The translations under genes were made by a program, and so were the position numbers. The notes below the pieces were generated by a model. The model made no database searches and was not told the origin of the DNA. It was given only the letters and a program-made list of their open reading frames with translations. Below are positions 39,553-52,278 of a stretch of 64,000 nt of DNA, one piece after another (position 1 is the first letter of the stretch; each line of letters begins with the position of its first letter). Where the stretch lies: assembly GCF_006345805.1 (NCBI RefSeq), contig NC_043008.1, positions 59,706,001 through 59,770,000 on the forward strand, given 5' to 3'. Source of the stretch: Octopus sinensis. Its lineage: Eukaryota.

Positions 39553-39851
39553 CAAGATTATACTTATAGATATATTGGCATGTATGCATTGACTGGTTGA
39601 CAGGAGTACAATGAAATGGCTGTTACCTAGACTCAGGTGTCTTCTGTGCTACAGCTGAGGACCATCTCAACTGATGTGAAAATCCCTTACAGTACAATTG
39701 ACTATTTATTTCGTAGTCTCTCCCTCTTTCTCTCTCTCTCTCTTTCTCTTTCTCGGTCATCTTCAATGATACATTTTGTACCGTAATCTTGTTACAAAAT
39801 CAAAAAATTTAAAAAACAAAATATAAAACCTTTAAAAAATGCAGTTTTGCA

Positions 39852-39857
39852 AATAAA
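39852..39857 (+). terminator. Candidate polyadenylation signal of MIC10 (alternative AATAAA at 40043-40048)
   Basis: AATAAA about 300 nt after the stop codon, followed by T-rich sequence. Confidence 0.55.
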
Positions 39858-41843
39858 ATCATTTTTTTTTCCTTATTTGTTTTCAAATGTTTTATTTTTT
39901 TTTTACATAGTTTCTTTTTGTATTTCTTTAATTATGTTTTGTATCTTTTATTTTGATTGTTTTTTTTTCTTTCAAGTCATTTTCTTGTTCACAGTGTTCT
40001 TTTGTAGCTAAAATATTCTACTGTGTAAACATGTAATTTGATAATAAAAATTTAATTGGAAAATTAACCAGCCAAGGTCTTTACTTTCCATCCATCCATC
40101 CGTCCGTCCGTCCGTCCATCCATCCATCCACTTCTCCATTCATCCATCCCTCTTATCCAGCCATCTTCTCTGCCCATTATTCCTGGGAGGGTAATGAAAG
40201 TAGAGTAGTGAGTCACCTCTTACTCATTTTTACTCGTTTCAGCCATTTGACTGTGGCCATGCTGGAGCACCGCCTCTTTAGTTGAACAAATCGACTCCAG
40301 GACTTATTCTTTGTAAGCCTAGTACTTATTCTATCTGTCTCTTTTGCTGAACTGCTAAGTTATGGGGACTTAACACACTAGCATCGGTTGTCAAGTGATG
40401 TTGGGGGGGACAAATACAAACACACAAACATATACACACACACACTCGCACACATACACATATACCTATATACAACAGGCTTCTTTCAGTTTCCGTCTAC
40501 CAAATCCACTCACAAGGCTTTGGTTGACCCGAGGCTATAGTAGAAGACACTTGCCCAAGGTGCCATGCAGTGGGACTGAACCCGGAACCATGTGGTTCGT
40601 AAGCAAGCTACTTACCATACAGCCACTCCTACGCCTATGTAGGGTCCTATCACAAACAACTGTCATTAGACTTTCTGGCCAGATTCCTAAGAGTGACTAT
40701 CTGGCATCAAATATTATCCAACCATTTTGTTTTTCATCTACTCTTAGGTTTTCTGTCAGTTGGGTCGGCTTGAAGAATCTGTCATGTGTGATTCTTTCCT
40801 GCAATATTTTAATCATGTTTGTAGTATCAAAACCAAAATTTCTCAATATGGTGAAATAATGGTTCGAACTGGAGATACTCCTCAATTTCAGCTATGCACC
40901 CTGTGAAGTGGGTATTCATTACTTGACCTGGATTGGCTACTGGACAAACACCATGAATTTGTCCATGAGTTTGCCCCTTTCCCCCAACGGACTGTTCAAG
41001 GCAGAGCCCCAGGATGGTAGTGGTCTAATGTCTAAAACAAAAAGATAGAAGTTAAAAGAAGGCATTGGTCAACATGGGTCAGTCCAATGACCGAAACATT
41101 GCAAAAAAACCCCAAAAAACATGAAAACTAGTGACACCAACAAAAAGTCATTCTTACTAGAAATAACAGTCAAAGCTTCCTCAAATCTTATTTTTTTATA
41201 AAGTATTTTTATTGATTAATCAACTATAGTGTATGTATTATTGATACCTATATTAACAAAATCCAAAAAGATGAAAAGGAAAAGATAAAAAGAAATACAA
41301 TAAGCTCCTATTGAAAAATGTCAATCAGTTTTCCCTGAGAAGGTTTTTCTCATTTTTTTTTTCAACTTCATTATGCACTTTGGATGTGTGGATGTGGCCG
41401 GTCAACCGAATTGTGGCATGGGCACTGTGTGAGCTCATTGGTTCGACTGGATTCTGGTGATATTAAATTGATTGTTCTGTGTGTGTTCTCCATTTTGTTT
41501 GTATTGTTAAACTTTTTCTCCTATATTGAAAACAATGGAAATCTCTATAGCAACAATTGGAATTTCAGAAGTGTTAAGTACTGCTATTGAAGAAGAACCA
41601 ATGGTAAATACTAGTGCATATACACATGTAGAATTTTCCAGTACCGTTAATTGATATAGTACTAAACTATAGTGTACGCTTGGAAAATATATCCCTAGGA
41701 AAGAACAACTTCTTTCCATACAGACTTATATATATATATACCGGAGTAAGCACATAAATGTGAAACAAGGTGGAAAAAAGAGTACTCAAATACCAGAGGT
41801 AGAGTAATATGCTTTATTTTAAGCAGCAGAAATATAACAAAAG

Positions 41844-41881
41844 CTGTTACTCAGAGTTTCACGTTCCCGTTCGTCGGACAG
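41844..41881 (-). ncRNA. Hammerhead-like motif (CCGACGA variant) in a Penelope pLTR-like fragment
   Basis: Minus strand ctgt-CCGACGA-acg-ggaa-cgt-GAA-actc-t-gagt-A-acag: all three stems can form, GUA site. More degraded relative at about 31595-31632. Confidence 0.55.
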
Positions 41882-43544
41882 TTTTTACACCCGTAAAATG
41901 GTTGGGGTTAGGAAGGGCATCCAGCCGTAGAAGCCATGTCAGACGAGGCTGGGGTCTGGTGTAGCCTTCCATCAAACCGTCCAACTCATGCCAGCATGGA
42001 CAACGGACGCTAGATGATGATGATGATGATGATGACCAGATGGCTTTGATTCTGCTAACCTGCTGATAGCAAAACATTAAGGAAATACTTCTAAAACAAA
42101 TGTGACATTGGAATACACTTGCCCAAGGTACCACGCAGTGAAATAGAACCAGAAACCGCGAGCTTCCTAACTAAACAGCTACACCTACGTTTAGTTTTAT
42201 TTCTACTTCATGACATTCTCATCGTAGTTGTTTAGCCCAAAAGACTATCTTGATCAAGCAGATCAGTGTTCAACTTGGTTCGAACCGTGATCATCTTGTC
42301 TTCTTTTCACCATATAATTCAATGTGTCATTCCTTTTAAAATACTGTGGCCAATGATTTATGGAAGATTTGGCTTCTATTTCTCACAGAGTGACAAACCG
42401 TGCGAATTGTTTAATTTCTCATTTTTTAATACGCAACAATTAAAATATACTACAAGGGAAGTAACTCTTCAAGTAAATGCTAAGGGAGGTAACTATTTTA
42501 TTGATCTATACGTGTACAAAATTAGAATGATTCTTTCATCACTGGATCGGCAAATATGGCGAACTCCTGTGGTCTCTAGCCATTTGTTTTTCATGATATG
42601 AATTCAAAATATAATTGAGATACTTAGAAAGAACATTTAAACTTACAGCTCGTGAGCTGAAACTAGATAAAAAAAAAAAAAAAAAATAAGCGCAGGCGTG
42701 GTTGTGTGGTAAGAAACATGCTTCCCAACCATATGGTTCCGGGTTCAATCCCACTGCGCAGCACCTTGGGTAAATGCTATAGCTACGGGCCGACCAAAGC
42801 CTTGTGAGTGGATTTAGTAGATGGAAACTGAAAGAAGCCTGTCATATGTGTATGTGTGTGTGTGTGATTGTGTCAGTATTTGTTACCCACCATCGCTTGA
42901 CAACTGGCGTTGGTTTGTTTACGTCACCGTAACTTAGCGGTTCGGCAAAGTGATCCGATAGAATAAGTGCCAGTGCACCTGAATGGCTGCAGTCTAATGA
43001 CTGGAGCAAATTCTCAAGAACATATGGCTCGCAGCTATCTTTAATTTGGCTCCCGATTTTTAATGGTCTATCTTTTTAACTTTTTTACTCTTTTACTTGT
43101 TTCAGTCATTTGACTGTGACCATGATGGAGCACCACCTTTAGACAAGCAAATCGACCCCAGGACTTATTCTTTGTGAGCCTAGTACTTATTCTATTGGTA
43201 TCTTATGCCGAACAGCTAAGTTATGGAGGCGTAAACACACCAGCATCGGTTGTCAAGCGATGTTGGTGTGGGAACAAACACAAACACACAAACATATACA
43301 CATATATACGACGGGCTTCTTTCAGTTTCCGTCTACCAAATCCACTCACAAGCTTTTGGTCGGCCCGAAGCTATAGTAGAAGACACTTGCCCAAGATGCC
43401 ACGCAGTGGGACTGAACCCGGAACTATGTGGTTCGTAAAGAAGCTACTTACCACACAGCCACTCCTATGCCTATCTTTTAACTTTTACTTATCCGAATTT
43501 TGAATAAAGAAAACAAGTGATCAAATGTTATATTTAATTGAAAT

Positions 43545-44037
43545 TTAATCATCAATGTACTTTCCCTGATTATCGAGGACTTCCTTCCATCTATTTACAA
43601 GCTTGTTAATGCCATCAATGTAAAACTGCTTTGGTTTCAAAGCGAAGAACTCCAAAATGTCAGTTTCGACCTTCTCCTGGCTTGCGAATGCTATGTCCCC
43701 CAAATGATTCTGTAAACTACCAAACAAATGGTAGTCTGAAGGAGTATGGTCGGGAGAATAAGGTGGATGAGGAATTTTTTCCCAACCAAGCTCTTCGATC
43801 TTCTGTGATGTGATCTTTGCAGTGAGGGGTTGTGCATTGTCCTGATGAAACATCACTCCTTTTCGATTCACTAAAGTGGGTCTTTTTTTTCTTCATTTGA
43901 TAATGCAGGATTTTCTTCAAGTAATGCCTCAAGGAGCTTATCATCAAACTCAACTGGACGTTCTGTTCGATCTTCATCTTCAAGACTGAAATCTCCACTT
44001 CTAAATTTTGCAAGCCATCGTCTGCAAGTTCTTTCAT
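43545..44037 (-). pseudogene. Internally deleted mariner transposase remnant
   Basis: RRWLAKFRSGDFSLEDEDR (HTH) joined to FHQDNA...HPPYSPDHTPSDYHLF...GKYIDD*. Confidence 0.85.
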
Positions 44038-44276
44038 TCAAATTCCGCCGAGGTCTACTTTGCCTTTCATCCTTTCGGGGTCGATAAATTAAGTACCAGT
44101 TGCATACTGGGGTCGATTTAATCGACTGCCTCCCCTCCCCTAAAATTTCGAATTTTGTGCCTAGAGTAGAAAAGAATATAAAAATTGATATTGTTATAAT
44201 TTTTCCCGTTTTGCTGAACTTATCCAGTCTGAATTGATGTAATTTTAACTCCTCAGAAATATTCAACTATTTAAAC

Positions 44277-45467
44277 CAGGGGTCTTCAGCATATAAAAAA
44301 ATCTACGGACCCCTTTGATTATTATTTTATTCTAGTGGGTCCTATAACCATTCGATGTTTGAAAACTAGCTTTATAGAAACTTCTTTCAAAATTCCTATT
44401 TCGTTTTCCGCACATTAATTTGTGTATGTTGAACAAACGTTAGAGAAAGAAACCTAGCCGTTTCTTGCAATGCATACCAATACATACATCTAAAGCAGGG
44501 GTTCTCAGTTACTTAAAAAATTTATCTATGGACCAATTTGATTTCTATTTTATTTTGGTGGACTCCCATAACCATTCGATGTTTGAAAACCAGTTTTAGA
44601 GAAACTTCTTTCAGAATTCCTATTTTGTTTTTCACACATTCACATTCAATAGACGCAGGAGTGGCTTTGTGGTAAGTAGCTTGGTTACCAACCACGTGGT
44701 TCTGGGTTCAGTCCCACTGCGTGGCACCTTGGACAAGTGTCTTCTACTATAGCCTCGGGCCGACCAATGCCTTGTGAGTGGATTAGGTAGACGGAAACTG
44801 GAAGAAGCCTGTCGTATATATGTATATATATATGTGTGTGTGTGTCTTTTGTTTGTCCCCCTAACATTGCTTGACAACCGATGCTGGTGTGTTTATGTCC
44901 CCGTTACTTAACAGTTTGGCAAAAGAGACCGATAGAATAAGTACTGGGCTTACAAAAGAATAAGTCCCGGGGTTGAGTTGCTCGATTAAAGGCGGTGCTC
45001 CAGCATGGCCGCAGTCAAATGACTGAAACAAGTAAAGGAGTAAAGGAGTAAGGAGTTGTGTAGGTTGAACTACGTAAAATGCTTGAGAAAGAAACCTAGC
45101 TGTTTCTTGTAATGCATACCAATACATACATTTAAATCAAGGGTTCTTAACAATTTTTGTTTATCTACGGATCCCTTTGATTACTATTTAATCAGGTGGA
45201 CCTCATAACAATTCGACGTTCAAAAAACAGTTTTACAGAAACTTCTTTCATAATTCCCATTTCATTTTTCACACGTTAACTTGTGTAAGTTGACCTATGT
45301 AAAATGTTAGAGAAAAAAATCTACCAATGCATATATCTAAAGCAAAAATTTCTTAGGGGCCCTTAAAATTGTATTGTGGATTCTTAATTTACTATTTAGT
45401 TGTGTGGATTCCCCAAAATCTTATATGGACCCTTAGGGAGCAAATGGAACCCGGCTGAAAACCACTG
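44277..45467. mobile_element. Non-autonomous hAT element with internal ~220-bp triplication and a nested SINE A
   Basis: CAGGGGTCTTCAG...CTGAAAACCACTG termini; exact 8-bp TSD ATTTAAAC (44269-44276 and 45468-45475). Confidence 0.85.
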
Positions 45468-46553
45468 ATTTAAACGAACCAATATGAATGTCTCTGTGAT
45501 CGTTCAACCTGCTAGAAACAGCCGACAAATCGCTGTCGAATACTACTATTATTTTATTAATCATCGAAGGACATATTGGTTAACGGATCCCTTGAAATGT
45601 ACGAAGTCATGATGGTCACGGTTAAAATACCTTTATAGTGGTTATTTCAGGCTCACTCTGAAGATAAGTATTGTTTGAATCTTTCTCTTTCTCTCTCACC
45701 CGCTCTCTGAACGCTAACTATGCAAGGGAAGTTACTCTCTTATCTACAAGCAATAATTACGCCCCTTTAAAAAACTACTTTTAAAAAAGAACAAAAACAC
45801 GACAGAAGAAGCATTGATATTATGGTTTCAAATTTAGGCACAAGGCCAGTAATTCTGTGGGTTAGTTGATCCTCGGAGGGATGAAAACTACAGGTACTCA
45901 CGGCAGGATTTGAACCCCAAATGTAAAGACCCGGAACATATACTGTATTTCGGCGTTCTATCAAAGAGTAAGCTAAATCTATATGATAGAGTTAAATAAT
46001 TATGGAGTTAAATAGTGATGATCTATTTCTTAAATATGAATGGCGGCACAGTTATGCAGTTAGTAAGCTTGATTCCCAACTACATGGTTCTGGGTTCAAT
46101 CTCACTGCATGGCACATTGAACAAATGTCTTCTACGATCGCCGCCTTTATAATTATCCATAAATAATATTGATGAATAGGTCTTTCTTGATAGTGAGCAT
46201 TCGGTAACGAATCTTTATCGTCAGACCGGCATCCGATCTGTGATCTGTCTTCTTTTTCTGATAGATTATATCTAAATATTCAGCCATTATAAAGATGGTT
46301 GGGTGAATTTGAGGGAGATTTAGCTGTCGTTTCTAGCCAGTTGGACAATCGCGTAAAAGCGTCCGATTTTCATAGTTTTGTCTCTGTTCCTGCGTGCACA
46401 GTTCTCCATTCTCCATCTGTCCTTCCAAAGAAACAGTTTACAACACTTCAGAACGCTTTTACAATATCACTCTAAGAACATTGTCTCTTCCGTTCAACAA
46501 AGAAAACAAAACTGAACAAAACAAAATACATACAAAAATAACCTCCTTATTCT

Positions 46554-47103
46554 TATTTCTTTACTACCCACAAGGGGCTACTCATAGGGGGGACAAACAA
46601 GGACAGACTAACGGATTAAGTCGATATTATCAACCCCAGTGCGTAACTGGTACTTATTTAATCGACCCCGAAAGACTGAAAGGCAAAGTCAACCTCGGCG
46701 GAATTTGAACTCAGAACGTAGCGACAGACGAAATACCTATTTCTTTACTACCCACAAGGGGCTAAACACAGAGAGGACAGACAAACGGATTAAGTCGATT
46801 ACATCGACCCCAGTGCGTAACTGGTACTTATTTAATCGACCCCGAAAGGATGAAAGGCAAAGTCGATCTCAGCGGAATTTGAACTCAGAACGTAGCGGCA
46901 GACGAAATACCTATTTCTTTACTACCCACAAGGGGCTAAACGCAGAGGGCACAAACGAGGACAGACAAATGGATTAAGTCGATTATATCGACGCCAGTGC
47001 GTAACTGGTACTTAATTAATCGACTCCGAAAAGATGAAAGGCAAAGACGAAATACGGCGACGCATTTCGCCCGGCGTGCTAACGTTTCTGTCAGTTCGCC
47101 GTG
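46554..47103 (-). mobile_element. Trimeric SINE family B insertion with a single TSD
   Basis: Junctions at 46737/46738 and 46911/46912. 17-bp direct repeat TAACCTCCTTATTCTTA at 46539-46555 and 47112-47128. Confidence 0.87.
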
Positions 47104-47589
47104 GCTACTTTTAACCTCCTTATTCTTAAGCACTGTGTTAGGGAGCTCAGCAACAATTATAAGCACCGAGGAGCAGCTTCTGTCACTGTTTGTATCTACA
47201 GATACGGAAACTAACTGAACACTAGAGACGGTACACAACACTTAGAAACTGACTGAACAATAAAGAGGGTACTCTACATCAACACAGTAACACCGTACCC
47301 TATAAATTAATCATTGCGTATCAGTACAGTATGATCACCAACTAGGCAGAGATCTGGCTGCATATTCAGGACTATGGTTATACGGAGTGGATCAGCCATT
47401 AAGCACATTTTCTACCTCAGAGCTCATCTGGTGCTACATAGTAATAACAGTGAGAGTCGTTATGCGGACTCTTTTACTTGTTTCAGTCATTTGACTGTGG
47501 CCATGCTGGAGCACCGCCTTTAGGAACGCAGGCGAAATACCTATTTCTTTACTACCCACAAGGGGCTATTTCTTTACTACCCACAAAAT

Positions 47590-50500
47590 CTTACATTTCT
47601 CCGACTTCAATACTCTTTCGACTAGATGATTGTACCATGTGGTTCTAACGTCAAATCCCCATTTCTGGCACAGTTTCCAATGTAAAACTTTTACACCCTG
47701 GTCGTGCCTCTATGTCCTATATTCCTCCTGTGTCAACTTTGGCAATTCTTCCACAATGTGTGCCACTGTCTCGTTCCAAGTTCCACAGGCTCTATATTTC
47801 TCTGACACATTTTCTCCATATATTTTTTTCTCAAGTTGTTTGTTTTTATCGCTTGATCTTGGTCTGCTACAATTAGGCTCTCTGTTTCTTTTTTTAATTG
47901 CTTTTTTTTTTAACCAAGCCCCGGATTTTGTTCGACATAGGTCTTCAGTGGATCTCCAAAATTGGCCATGCAGAGGTTTCTCTTCGATGTGTATGATGTG
48001 CTCACTATTTCCTTTTTGTTCTTTTCTCCTATTAGGTGCTTCGTCACCTGTTCTTTATTAACTGTCTTTAGTAGTTTTTCTGTGCTGCTCTGTAACTATT
48101 TTGCTAGATTTTTCCCATCTGTACGCATTATTCTTTTCTTCTAAGATGCTATTAAGTCTCTTCCACCCAGGTCTCTCCTGAAGTACAGCCGGTTGATATC
48201 AGCTTTCGGATGGCGGGCTGTATACATCGTCAATGACTTCCCGGTTTTTCTATCAAGTTTCTTTATATCGTTTCTGGTCCAGTCTATAATTCCAACTCCC
48301 AAATTCTGATTAAGGGTACTGTTCTTGAAGTTATTGTTTCAATAAGGTTTTTGGAATTCCGCTTTGACTGCACTCTCTACTGGTAATTTGCCTCTTTCTT
48401 CGTTTCTTAAAAATCTCTTTTGCTTCCAGTATTCCCAAGTACTTATACTACTGTCCTTTCCCAACCGCTCTCATTGCTTTCTCATTTGGCATTTCAATTC
48501 CTTGGCTTCTTTCAAATCTTTCTCCTTTCATTTTCAATATAGCGCTCTTTTCTATCCCAAATCCCATACCTACGTCATTTGAGAAAAAGTGGAGAGTATG
48601 TACAAGACGTTCAAGTTATTTATCATTTTATGCATAAACCTTTATATCACCCATGAAAAGGAGATGATTTATCTGACCATTTCTTTTTCTCAAATCGTAA
48701 GCAATTTTAACTTTCCGCAGTATCATAGTGAGCGGTGTCATGGCCAATACGAATAGTAATGGCGATAAGCTATCACCTTGGAATATTCCACGTCTGATGT
48801 TCACTATCCGAGTCTTTGTTTTCCTCCGATCAATTCATTATTCCAATGCTTCATGACTTTCATTAAGCATTTTCTGTCATTCCAAATATGCTCATTGTTT
48901 TACTTATCCAACTATGTACTACCATGCCACATGCTCTTTTGTAATCTGGCCCTGCTACATTCGATCCAGTCAATCCGCGTCTACAATTTCTATTTATCGT
49001 TTTATCGACTAATAAGTTATCTTTTGTTGCCCTACTTTATTTCCTTCATCCTTGCCGTTCATCTGAAAGTAGATTGTTACTTTCTAGATGGTTTGTATAA
49101 CTCTTCCGCCAAGACACCGGTCATAAGCTTCCACATTAGTGATAAACAGGTTATAGGTCGAAAATTTGAAGGCGGCGAACTGGCAGAAACGTTAGCGCGC
49201 CGGGCAAAATGCTTAGCGGTATTTCGTCTGTCGTTACGTTCTGAGTTCAAATTCCGCCGAGGTCGACTTTGCCTTTCATCCTTTCGGGGTCAATAAATAA
49301 AGTACCAGTTTCGCACTGGGGTCGATGTAATCGACTCAATCCGTTTGTCTGTCCTTGTTTGTCCCCTCTATGTTTAGCCCCTTGTGGGCAGTAAAGAAAT
49401 ATATAGGTCGAAAATTTGATACCAAGTCCCTTTCAAGGGATTTTTAAGGCATAGCAGCGTTCGCCCACTTGTCATTCAGGCAGAGACGTGATCTTGCCGC
49501 AGGCAGTCATCCAGTTGCGTAGCGATCTTCTCATGCAACTGTGTAAAGTTCTTCAGCCAATAGCCTTGTGCTTCATCCTGGTCGGCTCCTTTCCAATTTG
49601 CTATTTTTTAAAACTTCTGTTTCACTTTATATAAATTAATTCTGCCATCTTTTTATCTTGGTACAGTTGCAAGTTGTCTTTCCACCTTTGTTAACCACTC
49701 CGCGTTTTCTTTATGTCTCGCCGGCCTGCTCCACAACCTTCCCCCAAATTCTTCATTTTCTTCTGTATCTGGATTCAGTTCCTGGTGTTGGCCTCCCTCT
49801 ATTTCCTCAAATAGACGCCTTCTATTTGATTGGGACAATCTATTCTGTTCGAAACATTTGCATCTAACATCATATCTTTTCATTTTGGCCTTTAATGCTG
49901 TCATCTTTTGTGTCAATTCTTCATGTACTGTTTGTTTTCCCCTTTCTTCTAACCCGTACTGTCCATTCAATTTTCTGATTACTACCTTATTCTTGAGCTC
50001 TCGTCTCATCCTATTCAATTGCCCCAGTTATTTCCGTATCTTTTCCAGCTTCATTCGTATTCTCTTCCTCCAGTTTGGTTCTTTCTTTTCATTTACTTTT
50101 ATATCTTCCCTTGTAGCTTCGCTTGTAGTTTTTCGCTTGTAGCCTATTATGCTAGCCACGACATTAGCAGCAGCTATGATTAATCTGGTTTGTTTCACTG
50201 ATGTTTTCTGTGAAGAGAAAGGAAGAGAAAGATTCGAGTTTTTTTGTGGACTGAGAGGCTGGTTTATTAGAGACCCCCTCCATAAGGTCATTTTTTTTTC
50301 TATTGGACCAGGAGGAGGTAGTGAGGGCCTTACTTCGGTTGACAGTAAACATGATAAATTTGTCCTATTGTTATAGGGTCTTACTTCGGTTGAGAGTAAA
50401 CATGATAAATTTGTCTTATTGTTATAATAATAGGACAAAATTTATCATGTTTACTCTCAACCGAAGAGTAAACATGATATATCTTTTTATATAACACGCT

Positions 50501-50640
50501 TTTATATCTTCGCTTGTATCTTCGCTTGTAGCTTTTCGCTTGTAGCCTACTATTTTACGACATTAGCAGCAGCTATGATTATCTGGTTTGTTTCACCGAC
50601 GTTTTCTGTTTTAATCAAGCTTAATACGTCATTTACTTTG
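47590..50640 (-). mobile_element. Decayed R4/Dong-like (RLE) non-LTR retrotransposon
   Basis: RGIFQGDSLSPLLFVLAMTPL (RT), DINRLY..R..GGR-like motif, EELTQKMTALKAKMKRY..QNRL N-terminal region; many frameshifts. Confidence 0.8.
49170..49401 (+). mobile_element. Monomeric SINE family B with 18-bp TSD, nested in the LINE
   Basis: GGCGGCGAACTGGCAGAAACGTTAGC...CCTTTCATCCTTTCGGGGTC...GTAAAGAAATA; TSD TATAGGTCGAAAATTTGA. Confidence 0.9.
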
Positions 50641-50759
50641 CCTTGTTCTAGGGAATGTCTGTCAAAACAAAAGTAAATTAGAAGTTTATTTTTATAGTAA
50701 TTTCATTATAAGATGATAGTTTGATATTAAGATGACAGTATAAGGTATTTACTGTTATG

Positions 50760-51766
50760 TACATCAAAAAATATTTTGACGCTGTTTACCGATTAAGATA
50801 TTTTTGGGATTACATAGACAGTACTTTACGTAGGATATGGGCAGTTTCCATGAACACTGCTTTTTGCATTTCTTCCATTTTTGGATTTTCTGGTATCTGA
50901 GCTAGGTAATAACCAGCCCCTTTTGCTATCATTCCCAGGGCACCTATGAAAATAGGTAGTTTTGGTCTTGAGGTTCCACATTTTGCCAATCTCTATTACA
51001 AGATCTTTATACTTGTTCAGTTTTGGTAGGTCTTGACTGATACATTTATGTCGATTGGGACAGCCATATCGATGAGGAGGCATGATTTTTGTCTGAAATC
51101 CTTCAATATAGTGTTTGGCCTATTTGCATCTATCTTTCTGTCAGTTTGAACGGTGAAGTTCCAAAAGAGTGAGATGTGGTCATTTTCAAGCACTGGAGGT
51201 GGTTTGTGTTCCCATCAGTTTTTACCATGGGGCAGGTCCAAGTCTTTGCAAATTACTCAATGAATATACTGTGCTGCTCTATGATACCTGTTGAGATACC
51301 CTGTAGGCACAAGAAAACTGCATATGGTAACAGCATGATCGCTGGTTTCATTTTGTTGTTTACATACACGACATGTTGGGCTACTACCGTTCTTTAAGAT
51401 GCTGGCCTTGTAGCTTCTTGTAGGTAGGCATTGATCTCGAGCTGCTATGACAATCCCTTCTGTCTCTGATTTTAAGCCAGAAGACACTAACCATTAGTGG
51501 GTAAGGGCTTTGTCAACAGCAGCATTATTATCTCTCTTTGGGTATTTGCCATTGAGAGGTTTTTCTGGCCATTTATCAGTAAGAATATCTAAGGCATCAG
51601 TTTTAGCACTGGTTTTCATACGCTTAGCTTTTTCTGTGCTTGTTTTCAGTACGTCCAATTCTGAGATTTGTTGTATTTGGAATTCACTTAGGTATTTCTT
51701 CGCCTGTTTTATTACTGCGTATGATGCTTTCTTACTTTCATAATTTAAGACAAGTTTTAACATCCA
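50760..51766 (-). mobile_element. R4/Dong-like retrotransposon 3' fragment (older family)
   Basis: GLKSETEGIVIAARDQCLPTR, CRVC...ET..H zinc knuckle, KLNKYKDL RLE motif; 5' boundary lies at the (TTA)n tract. Confidence 0.82.
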
Positions 51767-51858
<92 letters not shown>

Positions 51859-52247
51859 TATTATTATTATTATTATATTATTATTATTATATTATTATTA
51901 TTATATTATTATTATTATTATTTATTATTATTATTATTATTCAGTAGTTTTATTTTTATAGTGTGCTTTCACTTCACTACCGAGCGCAGCTCTGTGTGCC
52001 TTGGGTATGTGCTGTGATTTGTTGTGATGCTCTGATGGTTATTGTATGGAAATTGTTCTGCGTAGGATGTGTGCAGTGCCTAGTAGTGCAATTTTCTGTA
52101 TATTATATGTGTTTGTAAGTCCTGGTGTTTTTGTTATGTATTTGTCTGAATATTTTTTTATCATGCACCTACTATGATAGGAATTGTTTCTGTTTTTAGA
52201 CTTTTTTTGTTTCTGTTTCTGTATTATTATTATTATTATTATTATTA

Positions 52248-52275
<28 letters not shown>

Positions 52276-52278
<3 letters not shown>

